From NCBI GenBank assembly GCA_963737655.1, contig CAVTTN010000002.1, forward strand, positions 5,376,001 to 5,440,000: 64,000 bases of DNA, in the 5' to 3' direction. The first letter of the stretch is position 1; the number at the start of each line of letters is the position of its first letter. The notes under the pieces were generated by a model that was not told the origin of the DNA, made no database searches, and worked only from the letters and a program-made list of their open reading frames with translations. Positions 1-9,679 of the stretch are shown piece after piece. A program made the position numbers and the translations under genes. Source of the DNA: an uncultured Planctomycetota bacterium (GTDB lineage: Bacteria; Planctomycetota; Planctomycetia; Isosphaerales; Isosphaeraceae).

Positions 1-2
1 CG

Positions 3-422
3 CCCCGCGCCCTGGTCGATGCGATCGAACCGGGCGGGATCAGGCTCCGCGCCTTCTTCTGGACGCCGACCCAGGGGATCGACGGCGATCAGCTTCTCAG
101 CGATGCGAAACTCAAGGTGAAAGTGGCCCTCCAGAAGGCCGGGGGCCTCGTCGCGACGCCACCCCCGGCCGCTCCGGCGGCCCTCCCCTTGCCTAAAGGC
201 CCCGAGGCCCTGCCCGCGCCGACGCCCGAACCCGCGACCGTCGCCAGGGCCGAGGCCAACCTCCGCCGAGACACCCGGGCCGCCGCCCAGGCGCCGCCGG
301 TGACCGACGGCCGGACGACCCCGATCGCCCCCTTCCTGCTCCACGGCGGCTCCCGGGTCGAGGACGAAGGGGTCAACCTGCTCGAAGACCACCAACCCTC
401 GGCCAACGGCGCCTCGAAGTGA
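3..422 (+). CDS. C-terminal part of a probable mechanosensitive ion channel (MscS family), 5' truncated by the window edge
   Basis: Frame is open from base 3: PRALVDAIEPGGIRLRAFFWTP...SDAKLKVKVALQKAG resembles the MscS cytoplasmic domain, followed by a Pro/Ala-rich tail and TGA at 420-422. Confidence 0.5.
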   Translation, partial: PRALVDAIEPGGIRLRAFFWTPTQGIDGDQLLSDAKLKVKVALQKAGGLVATPPPAAPAALPLPKGPEALPAPTPEPATVARAEANLRRDTRAAAQAPPVTDGRTTPIAPFLLHGGSRVEDEGVNLLEDHQPSANGASK

Positions 423-500
423 CCGCCACACCGACCGATCGCCCCACGCTTCCGTTCCGAGATCATCGAGACGGCGATCCGCGGCGATCACCCAATCCGG

Positions 501-537
501 AAGAACGAAAGGGCGCCGGTCTCCGCGACCGGCGCCC
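501..537 (-). terminator. Rho-independent terminator
   Basis: Stem GGGCGCCGGTC/GACCGGCGCCC followed on the minus strand by TTTCGTTCTT. Confidence 0.65.
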
Positions 538-846
538 TGGCGGGCCCGGGACCCTCGGCCGCGAGGCCGCGCTCCGTCCCGACTTTCGGACGGTTTTCGA
601 CGATCATTCCACGATTGCCGATGCGTTCAAGTGGCCTTGTGCAGGGCGGACTTGCGTCCGAAATCCAAACACTGGCAAAAATGTCGATCCATCGGTGCGC
701 ACGACCCGCTGCCACCACGAAAAGGCCGGTAATTCCCGCCTCAAAGCCTCGCGGCGAGGGGAAAGTGTCGTCAAGTTCCGCGGTATTCAAGATTGCACGG
801 ATCAAACCGATCGGTGCGCATCCATGGCCCGCGAAGGATCGGGTTT

Positions 847-934
847 TGGGTGGCATGCTCACGTCTTCGTGAGCATGGCCTCGATCCATAATCAAGCGGA
901 AGGCATGCTCACGAAGACGTGAGCATGCCACCCA
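847..934. repeat. REP doublet (GTGG family), 31-bp inverted arms
   Basis: TGGGTGGCATGCTCACGTCTTCGTGAGCATG (847-877) and its exact reverse complement (904-934); related copies at 5751 and 49469. Confidence 0.85.
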
Positions 935-946
935 GGAATCCACACA

Positions 947-1333
947 TCAGGCGGTCCGGGCCTTGAGGGCGGACTCGGCCTTGTCGAGTTCGGCGCGGAC
1001 CAGGGCGGTGATCGCATCGAAGGTCTCGGGGTCGTGGATGGCGACCTCCGAGAGGCTCTTGCGGTCCAGGGCGATGTTGGCCAGCTTCAGGCCGTAGACG
1101 AACCGGCTGTAGCGGATGCCTCGCATCTCGGCGGCGGCGCCGAGGCGGACGATCCAGAGGCGGCGGAAGGACCGCTTCTTGGCCCTGCGGTCGCGGAAGG
1201 AGAACATCCCGGCGCGGAGCAGGGTCTCCTTGGCCGACTTCAGGAGGCGCCGCCGGCCGCCGACGAACCCCTTGGCCCTCTTGAAGATGCGCTTCTTCCG
1301 CCAGTTGCGGGCCGCCCCACTCTTCGCTCGCAT
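947..1333 (-). CDS. rplT: 50S ribosomal protein L20
   Basis: RDRRAKKRSFRRLWIVRL and LDRKSLSEVAIHDP motifs; downstream of rpmI. Confidence 0.97.
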   Translation of the reverse strand: MRAKSGAARNWRKKRIFKRAKGFVGGRRRLLKSAKETLLRAGMFSFRDRRAKKRSFRRLWIVRLGAAAEMRGIRYSRFVYGLKLANIALDRKSLSEVAIHDPETFDAITALVRAELDKAESALKARTA

Positions 1334-1355
1334 CGGTCGCTCGCTCTCTCGTCAG

Positions 1356-1706
1356 TTAGATGGACGTGCCGGGCTCGACGGTCGGGGCGGCCGGATCGGA
1401 GTTCGCGTTGGCGATCGCGGCCTCGGCCGCCGCGGCGGCCTCCTGGGCCCGGCGACGGCGGACACGGACCCGCTTCTCGTCGGGCAGGCCGAGCTGGTTC
1501 TCTCGCTCCTGCATCGCGTGCCGGAGCCGGCGGGCCTCCGCCCCGATCTTCACGACCGACTTCTTCCGCAACTTGCGGATCTGGCTGCCCGACTTGTGGC
1601 TGTTCAGGTGCGACGACCCGCACCTCTTGTGCATGACCTTGCCGGTCGCCGTGACCGTGAACCGCTTCTTCGTCCCCTTGTGCGTCTTCATCTTGATCGA
1701 CGGCAT
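1356..1706 (-). CDS. rpmI: 50S ribosomal protein L35 with C-terminal extension
   Basis: KMKTHKGTKKRFTVTATGKV...SHLNSHKS; 116 aa. Confidence 0.93.
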   Translation of the reverse strand: MPSIKMKTHKGTKKRFTVTATGKVMHKRCGSSHLNSHKSGSQIRKLRKKSVVKIGAEARRLRHAMQERENQLGLPDEKRVRVRRRRAQEAAAAAEAAIANANSDPAAPTVEPGTSI

Positions 1707-1801
1707 GACTCACCAACGCCTTCGGTTCAATTCGGTTCGAACGGGGACGAGATCGGCCCCGGGACGCGGGCCTCCTGGCCCGGATCGCGGGCGAGTCGAA
1801 C

Positions 1802-1830
1802 AATCTACCACATCGATCCGGCCAGTCCAA
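1802..1830 (-). promoter_or_regulatory. Putative sigma70 promoter of rpmI-rplT
   Basis: TTGGAC-N17-TAGATT with extended -10 TG, about 95 nt upstream of rpmI. Confidence 0.55.
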
Positions 1831-1856
1831 GGGGGTTTTCTGCCGATTCGGTCGGA

Positions 1857-2459
1857 TCAGCCCGGTCCTCCGGCTTGGGGGGGCGGGTCGGTCGCGATTC
1901 CGACCTTGGCGTAGACTTCGCGGAGCGGCAGGACGCAGCCGATCGACTCCAGGGGGGCCGTCGCGTCGAGCCCTCGGCATTCGACCGATTCCCAATCGTC
2001 GCCGCGGCGGATCCATCGTTCGAGGACCGCGACCTCCTGCGAAATCAAGATGTACTCCTGAAGCGATGGGATCGACCGATAGTTCCGCGCCTTCCGGCCC
2101 CGGTCGTAGGACTCGGTCGAGGGGGAGAGGACCTCGACGATCAGGGTCGGGTTGAGCAGGACGTCGAACTCGTCATCCTCGAACCTGGGCTCCTCGCAGA
2201 CCACGACGACGTCGGGATAGGTGTAGAGGCCGGTCGACTGGACGAGGACCCGCATGTCCGCGACGTAGACCTCGCCGGGGCGGTCCCGGAGCTCGGCCCG
2301 GAGCGCGGAGCCGACGTTCAAGGTGATCAGGTTATGCTTGCGGGTGGCTCCGGGCATCTCGACGATCTCGCCCTGGAAGAATTCGTGCTTGTTCGTGGCC
2401 GCTCGCTCCATCGCGAGGTATTCCCGGGGGGTATACAGCGTCTTGGCGGCCGAGGACAT
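1857..2459 (-). CDS. Uma2 family (DUF820) putative endonuclease
   Basis: YTPREYLAMER...HEF..GEIVEMPG...YPDVVVVC...NPTLIVEVLSPSTESYDRG; ATG at 2459. Confidence 0.92.
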   Translation of the reverse strand: MSSAAKTLYTPREYLAMERAATNKHEFFQGEIVEMPGATRKHNLITLNVGSALRAELRDRPGEVYVADMRVLVQSTGLYTYPDVVVVCEEPRFEDDEFDVLLNPTLIVEVLSPSTESYDRGRKARNYRSIPSLQEYILISQEVAVLERWIRRGDDWESVECRGLDATAPLESIGCVLPLREVYAKVGIATDPPPQAGGPG

Positions 2460-2491
2460 GAGCACCCTCCGGGCGGGTTGGGTCGGGGTCG

Positions 2492-2965
2492 TCAGGGCGA
2501 GGCGGCGGGGCGGGCCTCGATCACGTCGAAGGTCACCGATTGGACGGGGGTGAGGTCCAGCGAGTGGCGGATCGTCCGCGACTCGCCGGGGGCGAGCTTG
2601 AGGATGGGGCCGATGGTCTCGTCGGAGACGATCCGATCGGCGTGGTCGTACGCCTGGACGCGGACGAACACATCGACCGGGACGGCGTTGGCGTTGTCCA
2701 GGGAGGCGGTGGCGTCCGTGCGTCGGCCGTCGGCCGAGGGGCGGAACCCGGTCGAGGTGGCGGTGACTCCGGCCGTCAATTTCGGGTCGATCCCGGGCCA
2801 GGCGGCGACGGTGCCGCCGATCACCGCGGCGATCGCCAGGGCCGCCAGGACCAGGACGGCGGCCGGGGGTCGGCGGATCAATCGGGCGTCGCAGGCCGGG
2901 CAATGCCGGGTCCTCTCGGGGAGGACGACCCGGCATGCCGGACAGACGATCGGCCCCGAGGCCAT
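2492..2965 (-). CDS. Hypothetical membrane protein: zinc ribbon, TM helix, FxLYD-like beta domain
   Basis: CPAC...CPAC, hydrophobic helix, then VQAYD...LAPGESRT. Confidence 0.65.
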   Translation of the reverse strand: MASGPIVCPACRVVLPERTRHCPACDARLIRRPPAAVLVLAALAIAAVIGGTVAAWPGIDPKLTAGVTATSTGFRPSADGRRTDATASLDNANAVPVDVFVRVQAYDHADRIVSDETIGPILKLAPGESRTIRHSLDLTPVQSVTFDVIEARPAASP

Positions 2966-2987
2966 CGCGGGGTCTCCCGGCCGGGGT

Positions 2988-3521
<534 letters not shown>

Positions 3522-3670
3522 GGCGTCCTCCCCAGGACGGTTCTTCGAGGGTAGGCCCGGGTGGACGGGGGCGGCCTTGGCCCCGCGCTCGCACCGAGGG
3601 CCGGCGTCCCCATCCCTGGCGACCCCGCACCCGCGTGCGGGCCCGTCGCTCTCTCCGGGGGCAATCTCCG

Positions 3671-3699
3671 AGTGTAGGAATCGTGACGGCGGACGTCAA
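3671..3699 (-). promoter_or_regulatory. Putative sigma70 promoter of infC
   Basis: TTGACG-N17-TACACT; -35 overlaps the stop codon of the upstream gene. Confidence 0.65.
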
Positions 3700-5006
3700 G
3701 GGGCTTGTCGGGCCGATTCGGGGCCTTCGTCCTCGGTCCCCGGGTCGATCACGAGCCGGCGCACCCGGGGCGACGGCCGGCGGGGCGGCGCGGGGGTGAA
3801 GGCGGCGACGAGGTCCGGCAGGAGGAAGCCGAAGGCGAGCCCGGCGGTCGCGATCAAGCCGATCTCGACCGAGGCGGGGCGCTTCGCGGGGCGTTGGGCG
3901 ATCCGTCGGGGCCCGTCCGGCAGGCGGTCCGGGGCGGGCGTCGCGGGTCGAGGGGGGCTGGGTGCCCTGGGGGGATCGGCGCGGATGGCGATCGGCAGGC
4001 GGGGCGGCGTGGCGGCGCCGAGGAGGGGGACGCCGTCGGGGGATCGGAGCTGGACGAGGCCCTCGGGAGCGGCCGGGCGATCGGCCTCGGGGGCCTCGGC
4101 CGAGAGCCCGAGCAGGGCGAGGTCCAGGATGGCGGCATCGTTGCGGCCGACGGCGAAGGTCGGGTGGCCGTCGGCCAGGACTCCCGCGGCCGGGCCGGCG
4201 GAGCGGGTGGGCAACGGCCCGGCGGTGCCCGGGTCGTTGCCCAGGCCCTCGACCTGGGCCGGACTTGCGGCGAGGGTGTCCGTCCCGGGGACCGTCAGCG
4301 GGAGGCTCAGCAGGGGCGAGCCTTGCGGAGACTCCGGGACGTCCTCGATCGCGGCGTCCTGGCGGCCGATCTGGAGCAGGAAGGGCCCGGTGGGGTCCGA
4401 GCCGGAGTCCCCCCGGGAGATCCCGACCAGGAGGGTCGAGCCCGAGGCGCCCCGGCCGCTGGGATTGAGCTCGACGCTCAGCGAGCCTCCGGGGCCGGGC
4501 AGGTCCCACGAGCCGACGACCCGGCCGGCTTCGTCCATCAACCAGAGCTTGCCCCAACCGGAGGCCGCCTCGGGGACCTGGACGTCCACCCGGATCGACT
4601 GGGTCTCGGGCCGGACCGGCACGCGGAAGACCTGGACGCGGTCTCCGGCGGCGAGACCGCCGACGACCTGGGCCGTGGGGATGTCGGGCAGCTTTTGCAC
4701 CGGGCCGGGGCCGGTCGGGGGCCTGGCCGGCTCGGCCTCGACCTTCAGGCCGTCGGTGCTCACCGGCTGCCCCTTGATCGAGACGCGGGCGACGGTCCAC
4801 GAGGCGGGCGTCTCGGCCTTCTCGGCCGGGGCGACCTCGGCGGCCGGGGCGTCCACGGCGCCGAGCTTCGCCGTCTCGTGGGCCCCGGCCTTGGAGAGCA
4901 GGACCCGGGGCTCCAGGGCCTCGACGGTCCAGGGGGCCCGCCGCCGGACCTCGGACCGTCGGCCATCGTTCGGGGCGGGGGGGAGGAACATCCGTGGTGC
5001 CTTCAT
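3696..5006 (-). CDS. LEPR-XLL (planctomycete extracellular) domain protein with C-terminal hydrophobic helix
   Basis: RRR...VEALEPRVLLS N-terminal motif; IGLIATAGLAFGFLL near the C-terminus; start uncertain. Confidence 0.7.
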   Translation of the reverse strand: MKAPRMFLPPAPNDGRRSEVRRRAPWTVEALEPRVLLSKAGAHETAKLGAVDAPAAEVAPAEKAETPASWTVARVSIKGQPVSTDGLKVEAEPARPPTGPGPVQKLPDIPTAQVVGGLAAGDRVQVFRVPVRPETQSIRVDVQVPEAASGWGKLWLMDEAGRVVGSWDLPGPGGSLSVELNPSGRGASGSTLLVGISRGDSGSDPTGPFLLQIGRQDAAIEDVPESPQGSPLLSLPLTVPGTDTLAASPAQVEGLGNDPGTAGPLPTRSAGPAAGVLADGHPTFAVGRNDAAILDLALLGLSAEAPEADRPAAPEGLVQLRSPDGVPLLGAATPPRLPIAIRADPPRAPSPPRPATPAPDRLPDGPRRIAQRPAKRPASVEIGLIATAGLAFGFLLPDLVAAFTPAPPRRPSPRVRRLVIDPGTEDEGPESARQAP

Positions 5007-5212
5007 CGAGACCCGGTCCGGGCGCGTCTCCCGCGATCGGCCGCCCAGGACGAGCGGATCGGGCGGATCGGGCGGACGGGCCCGCGGCTTCGCTGGGGGC
5101 CCGACGGGCCCGGGGGGGACGAGGCCGCGGCGCTGATCCTAGCAAAGCCGGTCGGCCCTGTCGCCAGGTTTTTTTCCCGCGACCCCTCGGACCTTACCGG
5201 GCCGCGCCCGCC

Positions 5213-5241
5213 TTGAGCCGCCTCGCCCCGGCCGCTATAAC
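5213..5241 (+). promoter_or_regulatory. Putative sigma70 promoter of the NIPSNAP gene
   Basis: TTGAGC-N17-TATAAC. Confidence 0.55.
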
Positions 5242-5298
5242 CGGGCGAGACCTCACGGCCCGCGCCCCTGCCCGATCCACCCGCCAGGAGACCGACCG

Positions 5299-5739
5299 AT
5301 GCGCCTCCGAGCCCGATTCGCCACGCTCGCCGGACTGGCCGCCGCCGCGGCCACCGCCCTGATCGCCGCGGCTCCCTCCGCGAACCCGCCCAAGGCCCCG
5401 GAACGGGTCTTCGAGCTGCGGACCTACGTCGCCAACCCCGGCAAGCTCGGCGCCCTGAACGCCCGGTTCCGCGACCACACCTGCAAGCTCTTCCAGAAGC
5501 ACGGGATCGAGCTGATCGGCTTCTGGACCCCCCAGGACGACAAGGACGGCAAGGCCGATACCCTGATCTACGTCCTCGCCTACCCCAGCCGCGAGGCCGC
5601 CAAGAAGTCGTGGGAAGCTTTTGGCAACGACCCCGAATGGAAGAAGGCCCGCGAGGAGAGCGAGAAGGACGGCAAGATCCTCGCCAAGCCCCCCACCTCC
5701 GTCTACCTCGACCCCACGGACTACAGCCCGATCAAGTGA
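5299..5739 (+). CDS. Secreted NIPSNAP family protein
   Basis: Signal peptide; FELRTY...GKL..L..RF...W..F.NDPEW...L.PTDYSP; AGGAG SD. Confidence 0.9.
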   Translation: MRLRARFATLAGLAAAAATALIAAAPSANPPKAPERVFELRTYVANPGKLGALNARFRDHTCKLFQKHGIELIGFWTPQDDKDGKADTLIYVLAYPSREAAKKSWEAFGNDPEWKKAREESEKDGKILAKPPTSVYLDPTDYSPIK

Positions 5740-5750
5740 GCGAAGCTCGC

Positions 5751-5837
5751 GTGGCATGCCCACGTCTTCGTGGGCATGTCTTCCTGGATTCTTCACGATC
5801 CACCAAAGACATGCCCACGAAGACGTGGGCATGCCAC
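5751..5837. repeat. REP doublet (GTGG family)
   Basis: GTGGCATGCCCACGTCTTCGTGGGCATGTCTT and its reverse complement at 5806-5837. Confidence 0.85.
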
Positions 5838-5875
5838 CCGGGACTCCCTTCGTCGCCACTCCGCGAGGCCCGACT

Positions 5876-6838
5876 GTGAGCGTTGATCTGGCCGACATCC
5901 TCGCCGCCGCCGAGCGCATCCGGCCGTGGGCCCATGTGACCCCGACCTTGACCTCGACCACCCTGGACGAGCTCGCGGGCGGCTCGATCGTCCTGAAGTG
6001 CGAGAATTTCCAGAAGGTGGGGGCGTTCAAGTTCCGGGGGGCGATGAACGCGGTCCTCCAGTTGGAAGAATCGGAGAGGGCCGCCGGGGTGATCACCCAT
6101 TCCTCGGGCAACCATGCCCAGGCTCTGGCCCTGGCCGGTCGATTGGCGGGCGTGCCGGTCTGCGTGGTCATGCCCCGGACCGCCCCGGCGATCAAACGGG
6201 CCGCGACCGAAGGCTATGGCGCGAGGGTCGTCCCGTGCGAGCCGACTTTGGCCGATCGCGAGGCCACCGTCGATCGCCTGAGGGCCGAGCACGGCTACGC
6301 GCTGGTCCACCCTTACGACGACTGGCGGGTGATCGCCGGCCAGGGGACCGCCGCCCTCGAATTGCTGGAGCAAGCCGGGCCGCTCGACGCCGTGGTCACC
6401 CCTTGCGGGGGCGGCGGATTGCTCTCGGGGACGGCCATCGCCGTGAAGGGAACCTCGCCCGGCACCAGGGTTTACGGGGCCGAGCCCGAGGCGGCCGACG
6501 ACGCCCGGCGGTCCCTGATCGAGGGCCGGATCCTCCCCTCGCCCGACCCGAAGACCGTGGCCGACGGCCTGAGGACGTCCCTGGGCGAGCGCGATTTCTC
6601 GGTGATCCGCCGCCTGGTGGACGGGATCGGCACGGCGAGCGAGGCGGAGATCCTCGACGCCATGCGGTTCCTCTGGGAACGGCTCAAGATCGTGATCGAA
6701 CCGTCGTGCGCCGTGCCGGTTGCGGCGATCTTGAACGGAAGGATCGACGCGAGGGGGAAGCGCGTGGGCGTGATCCTCTCGGGCGGCAACGTCGATGTCG
6801 GGCCGATGTTCGAGAGCCTGAGGGCCCGATTTCTTTGA
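5876..6838 (+). CDS. PLP-dependent threonine/serine dehydratase (serine racemase-like)
   Basis: KCENFQKVGAFKFRGA, SSGNHAQ, GGGGLLSG and SGGNVD motifs; GTG start. Confidence 0.9.
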   Translation: MSVDLADILAAAERIRPWAHVTPTLTSTTLDELAGGSIVLKCENFQKVGAFKFRGAMNAVLQLEESERAAGVITHSSGNHAQALALAGRLAGVPVCVVMPRTAPAIKRAATEGYGARVVPCEPTLADREATVDRLRAEHGYALVHPYDDWRVIAGQGTAALELLEQAGPLDAVVTPCGGGGLLSGTAIAVKGTSPGTRVYGAEPEAADDARRSLIEGRILPSPDPKTVADGLRTSLGERDFSVIRRLVDGIGTASEAEILDAMRFLWERLKIVIEPSCAVPVAAILNGRIDARGKRVGVILSGGNVDVGPMFESLRARFL

Positions 6839-6848
6839 ATGGGACCGC

Positions 6849-6895
6849 CGAGAACCCCTCGTTCCCACGGTCTCCGTGGGAACGAGGGGTTCTCG
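6849..6895. repeat. Perfect 22-bp hairpin between convergent genes (REP-like or bidirectional terminator)
   Basis: CGAGAACCCCTCGTTCCCACGG-TCT-CCGTGGGAACGAGGGGTTCTCG. Confidence 0.75.
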
Positions 6896-6931
6896 ATCCG
6901 TCCAGGAAGAGGGCGCCTCGTCATTCCGGCC

Positions 6932-8677
6932 CTATCGGGTCGTCTCGACGATCCAGTCGCCGATGACCTTCAGGGCGTCGGGGCTGAAGGTCTCTTCGAT
7001 CTTGGAGTACTCGGCCGGGGAGCCGGTCTTGCACGTCTGGAAGAGGTGGTTGAGGCCGGGGAATTCCCGGATCGTGAATTTGGCATTGCCTCCGGCCTTC
7101 AGCGCCTTTTCGATCTCGGGGAGGCTCTGGCCCGGCGGGACTTGCAGGTCCTTTTCGCCGTTGACCGCCAGGACCGGGCATTTCACCTTCGCCAGGGTCG
7201 GCCGGGGGTCGTAGCTGAGGAAGTAGCGGAACCAGGGGGTCTTGACCAGGTTGAGCTGGCCCTCGACGGTCTTCGTCGGGTCCTTGCCCAGCTCCTTGAG
7301 CTCGTCGGCGGAGAGGTTCGCGAGGAGTTCTTTCGTGAGGACGTCCAGCGCCTTCTCCAGGGCGGCGGGGTCGGTCTGGGTCCGGATCGCGGCGAAGATT
7401 TTCCGGTTCTGGGCGACGCTCTTCTCGATGGCTTCGGGCTTGCCGCCCAGCGCCTTGGCGATCAGGGCGCTTTGGGCGAAGAGGATCTCATCGCCCGGGA
7501 CGCCCGGACCGGCCAGGAGGACGAGGAAGGCGATGTCGTCGGGCAGGTCGGCGGCGACCATCGGGGCGATCAGGCCGCCCTCGCTGTGGCCCATCAGGCC
7601 GATCTTTTTCGGGTCGGCTTCCTTGCGGGTCTTGAGGAATGCCACGCCCGCCTTCACGTCGGAGGCGAAATCGACGCTGGTGGCCTTGCCGTGGTCGCCG
7701 GTGGACTTCCCCACGCCCCGATCATCGAACCGGAGGACGGCGATCCCCTTGCGGGTCAGGTCGTCGGCCAGGACGAGGAACGGCTTGTGGCCCAGCAAGG
7801 TCTCGTCGCGGTCCTGGGGGCCGGAGCCGGAGATCAGGACCACCGAGGGGAACGGCCCGGGGCCTTCGGGGACGGTGAACGTCCCGGCGAGCGAGAGCCC
7901 GGCCTCCTTGTTCGGGTACTCGACCTCGATCTCGCGATAGGGGAACGGCGGCTTGGGGACCTGGGTCCTCTTGGGGCCTTCGGAGGGCTTGTCGGTCCTC
8001 TTCAGGGTCAGCGGCAGGCTCTGGCCGAGCTGCTGGAACGTCCCCTTGGCCTCGGTCCCGGCGTCGTCGAGCGTCCCGGAGAACTCGGCGCCGAGGACCG
8101 GCACCTTGAAGGCCAGGGCCTTCTTGTCGAGGGTCGCGGTCTCGACCTTGATCCCCTTGGCGCCCTGGTCGGGGCTGTCCAGGGTCGCCTTGAAGGCGCC
8201 GTCGGCCTGCTTGAACAGGTTGATCACCAGGCGGATCTCGATGCCTCCCTGGAGCGCCAGGGGGCCTTCCCAGATCTGGTCGGGCTTCGCGGGGGGCTGG
8301 GCCTTGGCGGTCGTCCGGGCGAGGGCCAGCGGGTACGACTTGCCGAGCTGGGTCCACTCTCCTTCGATCTTCGAGCCGTCGGCGGCGATCTTGCCCTTGT
8401 ACTGGCCCTTGAGCGTGGGGACGTCGAGCGAGACGGCGTCCTCGACCTGCTCGGCGGTCTTCACGGCGAGGCCCAGGACCCCCTGATCGGGGCTGTCGAA
8501 GGTGGCGGAGAGCTTGCCGGCGGCCTCCTTGACGTGGAAGACCATCGTCAGGGAGATGGCGTCGGTGACCTTCATCGTCCCTTCCCAGTCGCCGACGAGC
8601 TTCGGCGGGTCGGCGGCCCGGCCCGGGCTCGGGACCAGGGCGATCAGGGCGGCGATCGTGAGCAGGGTCGTCCTCAT
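6932..8677 (-). CDS. Secreted alpha/beta hydrolase with two N-terminal beta repeats
   Basis: Signal peptide; two WEG...DSPDQG repeats; GSGPQDRDE, GHSEGG, GEKDLQV and LNHLFQ motifs. Confidence 0.88.
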   Translation of the reverse strand: MRTTLLTIAALIALVPSPGRAADPPKLVGDWEGTMKVTDAISLTMVFHVKEAAGKLSATFDSPDQGVLGLAVKTAEQVEDAVSLDVPTLKGQYKGKIAADGSKIEGEWTQLGKSYPLALARTTAKAQPPAKPDQIWEGPLALQGGIEIRLVINLFKQADGAFKATLDSPDQGAKGIKVETATLDKKALAFKVPVLGAEFSGTLDDAGTEAKGTFQQLGQSLPLTLKRTDKPSEGPKRTQVPKPPFPYREIEVEYPNKEAGLSLAGTFTVPEGPGPFPSVVLISGSGPQDRDETLLGHKPFLVLADDLTRKGIAVLRFDDRGVGKSTGDHGKATSVDFASDVKAGVAFLKTRKEADPKKIGLMGHSEGGLIAPMVAADLPDDIAFLVLLAGPGVPGDEILFAQSALIAKALGGKPEAIEKSVAQNRKIFAAIRTQTDPAALEKALDVLTKELLANLSADELKELGKDPTKTVEGQLNLVKTPWFRYFLSYDPRPTLAKVKCPVLAVNGEKDLQVPPGQSLPEIEKALKAGGNAKFTIREFPGLNHLFQTCKTGSPAEYSKIEETFSPDALKVIGDWIVETTR

Positions 8678-8836
8678 CGGTGCATTCTCCAAGGTCCTCG
8701 CCCGAGGGCCTCGGGGCGGCCTCGCCCCGCCTCGCGGCGAATCTGGTAACATCGGTTCGTCGCCCGACCGCCAGTCTTTCCCCAGGGCGCCGAGATTTTT
8801 CGGACGCCCGCCCGCCCGGACCGGAGCCCGATCGCC

Positions 8837-9334
8837 GTGCCCGATTCCCATTCGTTCGACATCGTCAGCGAGATCAACCACGCCGAGATGCATAACGCCG
8901 TGGTCCAGGCCCAGCACGAGATCGCCGTCCGCTACGACTTCAAGGGGACCCGCGCCGCCATCGAGTTCAACAAGAAGGACGAGGCCCTCACCCTCACGGC
9001 CGACCACAAGGGCCAGCTCGACGCGGTAGTTCAGGTCCTCAAGGAGAAGATGGCCAAGCGGGGCGTCCCGGTCAATGCCCTGAAGCGCGGGAAGCTGGAA
9101 GAGGCCACTCACGACTCGGTGCGCGAGACCATGACCCTGCATACCGGCATCGACAAGGACAGCGCCCGGGAGATGGTCAAGACCATCAAGGGCCTCGGGG
9201 CAAAAGTCCAGGCGCAGATCATGGAGGAAAAAGTCCGCGTGACCGGCAAGAAGAAGGACGACCTCCAGACCGTGATCGCCCATTTCCGCGAGCACGCCCC
9301 GGAATTCCCGATCCAGTTCGTCAACTTCACCTGA
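8837..9334 (+). CDS. yajQ: YajQ family nucleotide/c-di-GMP binding protein
   Basis: SFDIVSE...RYDFKG...KVQAQI...VRVTGKKKDDLQ...QFVNF. Confidence 0.93.
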   Translation: MPDSHSFDIVSEINHAEMHNAVVQAQHEIAVRYDFKGTRAAIEFNKKDEALTLTADHKGQLDAVVQVLKEKMAKRGVPVNALKRGKLEEATHDSVRETMTLHTGIDKDSAREMVKTIKGLGAKVQAQIMEEKVRVTGKKKDDLQTVIAHFREHAPEFPIQFVNFT

Positions 9335-9442
9335 CCGGCACCGCTTCGCCCGGTCGCGCCGCCCGCCCCTTGCTCGCCGTTTCGGGCCTTGAAACGTCGA
9401 TGCGGCCCGCCTGGCGTTCCGATGATGGAACCTTGAAGAGAT

Positions 9443-9633
9443 CAACCGCCAAGACGCCAAGGGCGCCAAGGGGAGACGAGAGGAAGAGGAGGAAGCGGCA
9501 GAGGAAGGAAACCGAAACGCAGATTTCGCAGATTTGAAGCCGAATCACGTTCTTAAATCTGCGTAATCTGCGTTTCAAACTCCCTCTCTTCTTCTCTCGT
9601 CTCCCCTTGGCGCTCTTGGCATCTTGGCGGTTG
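9443..9633. repeat. Composite inverted-repeat element: AACCGCCAAGACGCCAAG family with nested CGCAGAT-family hairpin at 9514-9576
   Basis: Outer arms CAACCGCCAAGACGCCAAG... / ...CTTGGCATCTTGGCGGTTG; inner GAAACGCAGATTTCGCAGATTT / AAATCTGCGTAATCTGCGTTTC. Confidence 0.8.
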
Positions 9634-9679
9634 GTACCGAAAGCTTCCCCAGGCGAGCCAGGGCAAAGGAGGGCCAACG

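Noticed and set aside
555..602. Resemblance to a c-di-GMP-I riboswitch on the minus strand (AAACC...GAAA...GGGACG)
   Set aside because: The stem flanking GAAA does not pair, the GCAAAG and downstream consensus are missing, and no gene follows
1857..2459. Uma2 gene as part of a defence island or mobile element
   Set aside because: No methylase, integrase, flanking repeats or GC shift; Uma2 paralogues are commonly dispersed in Planctomycetes
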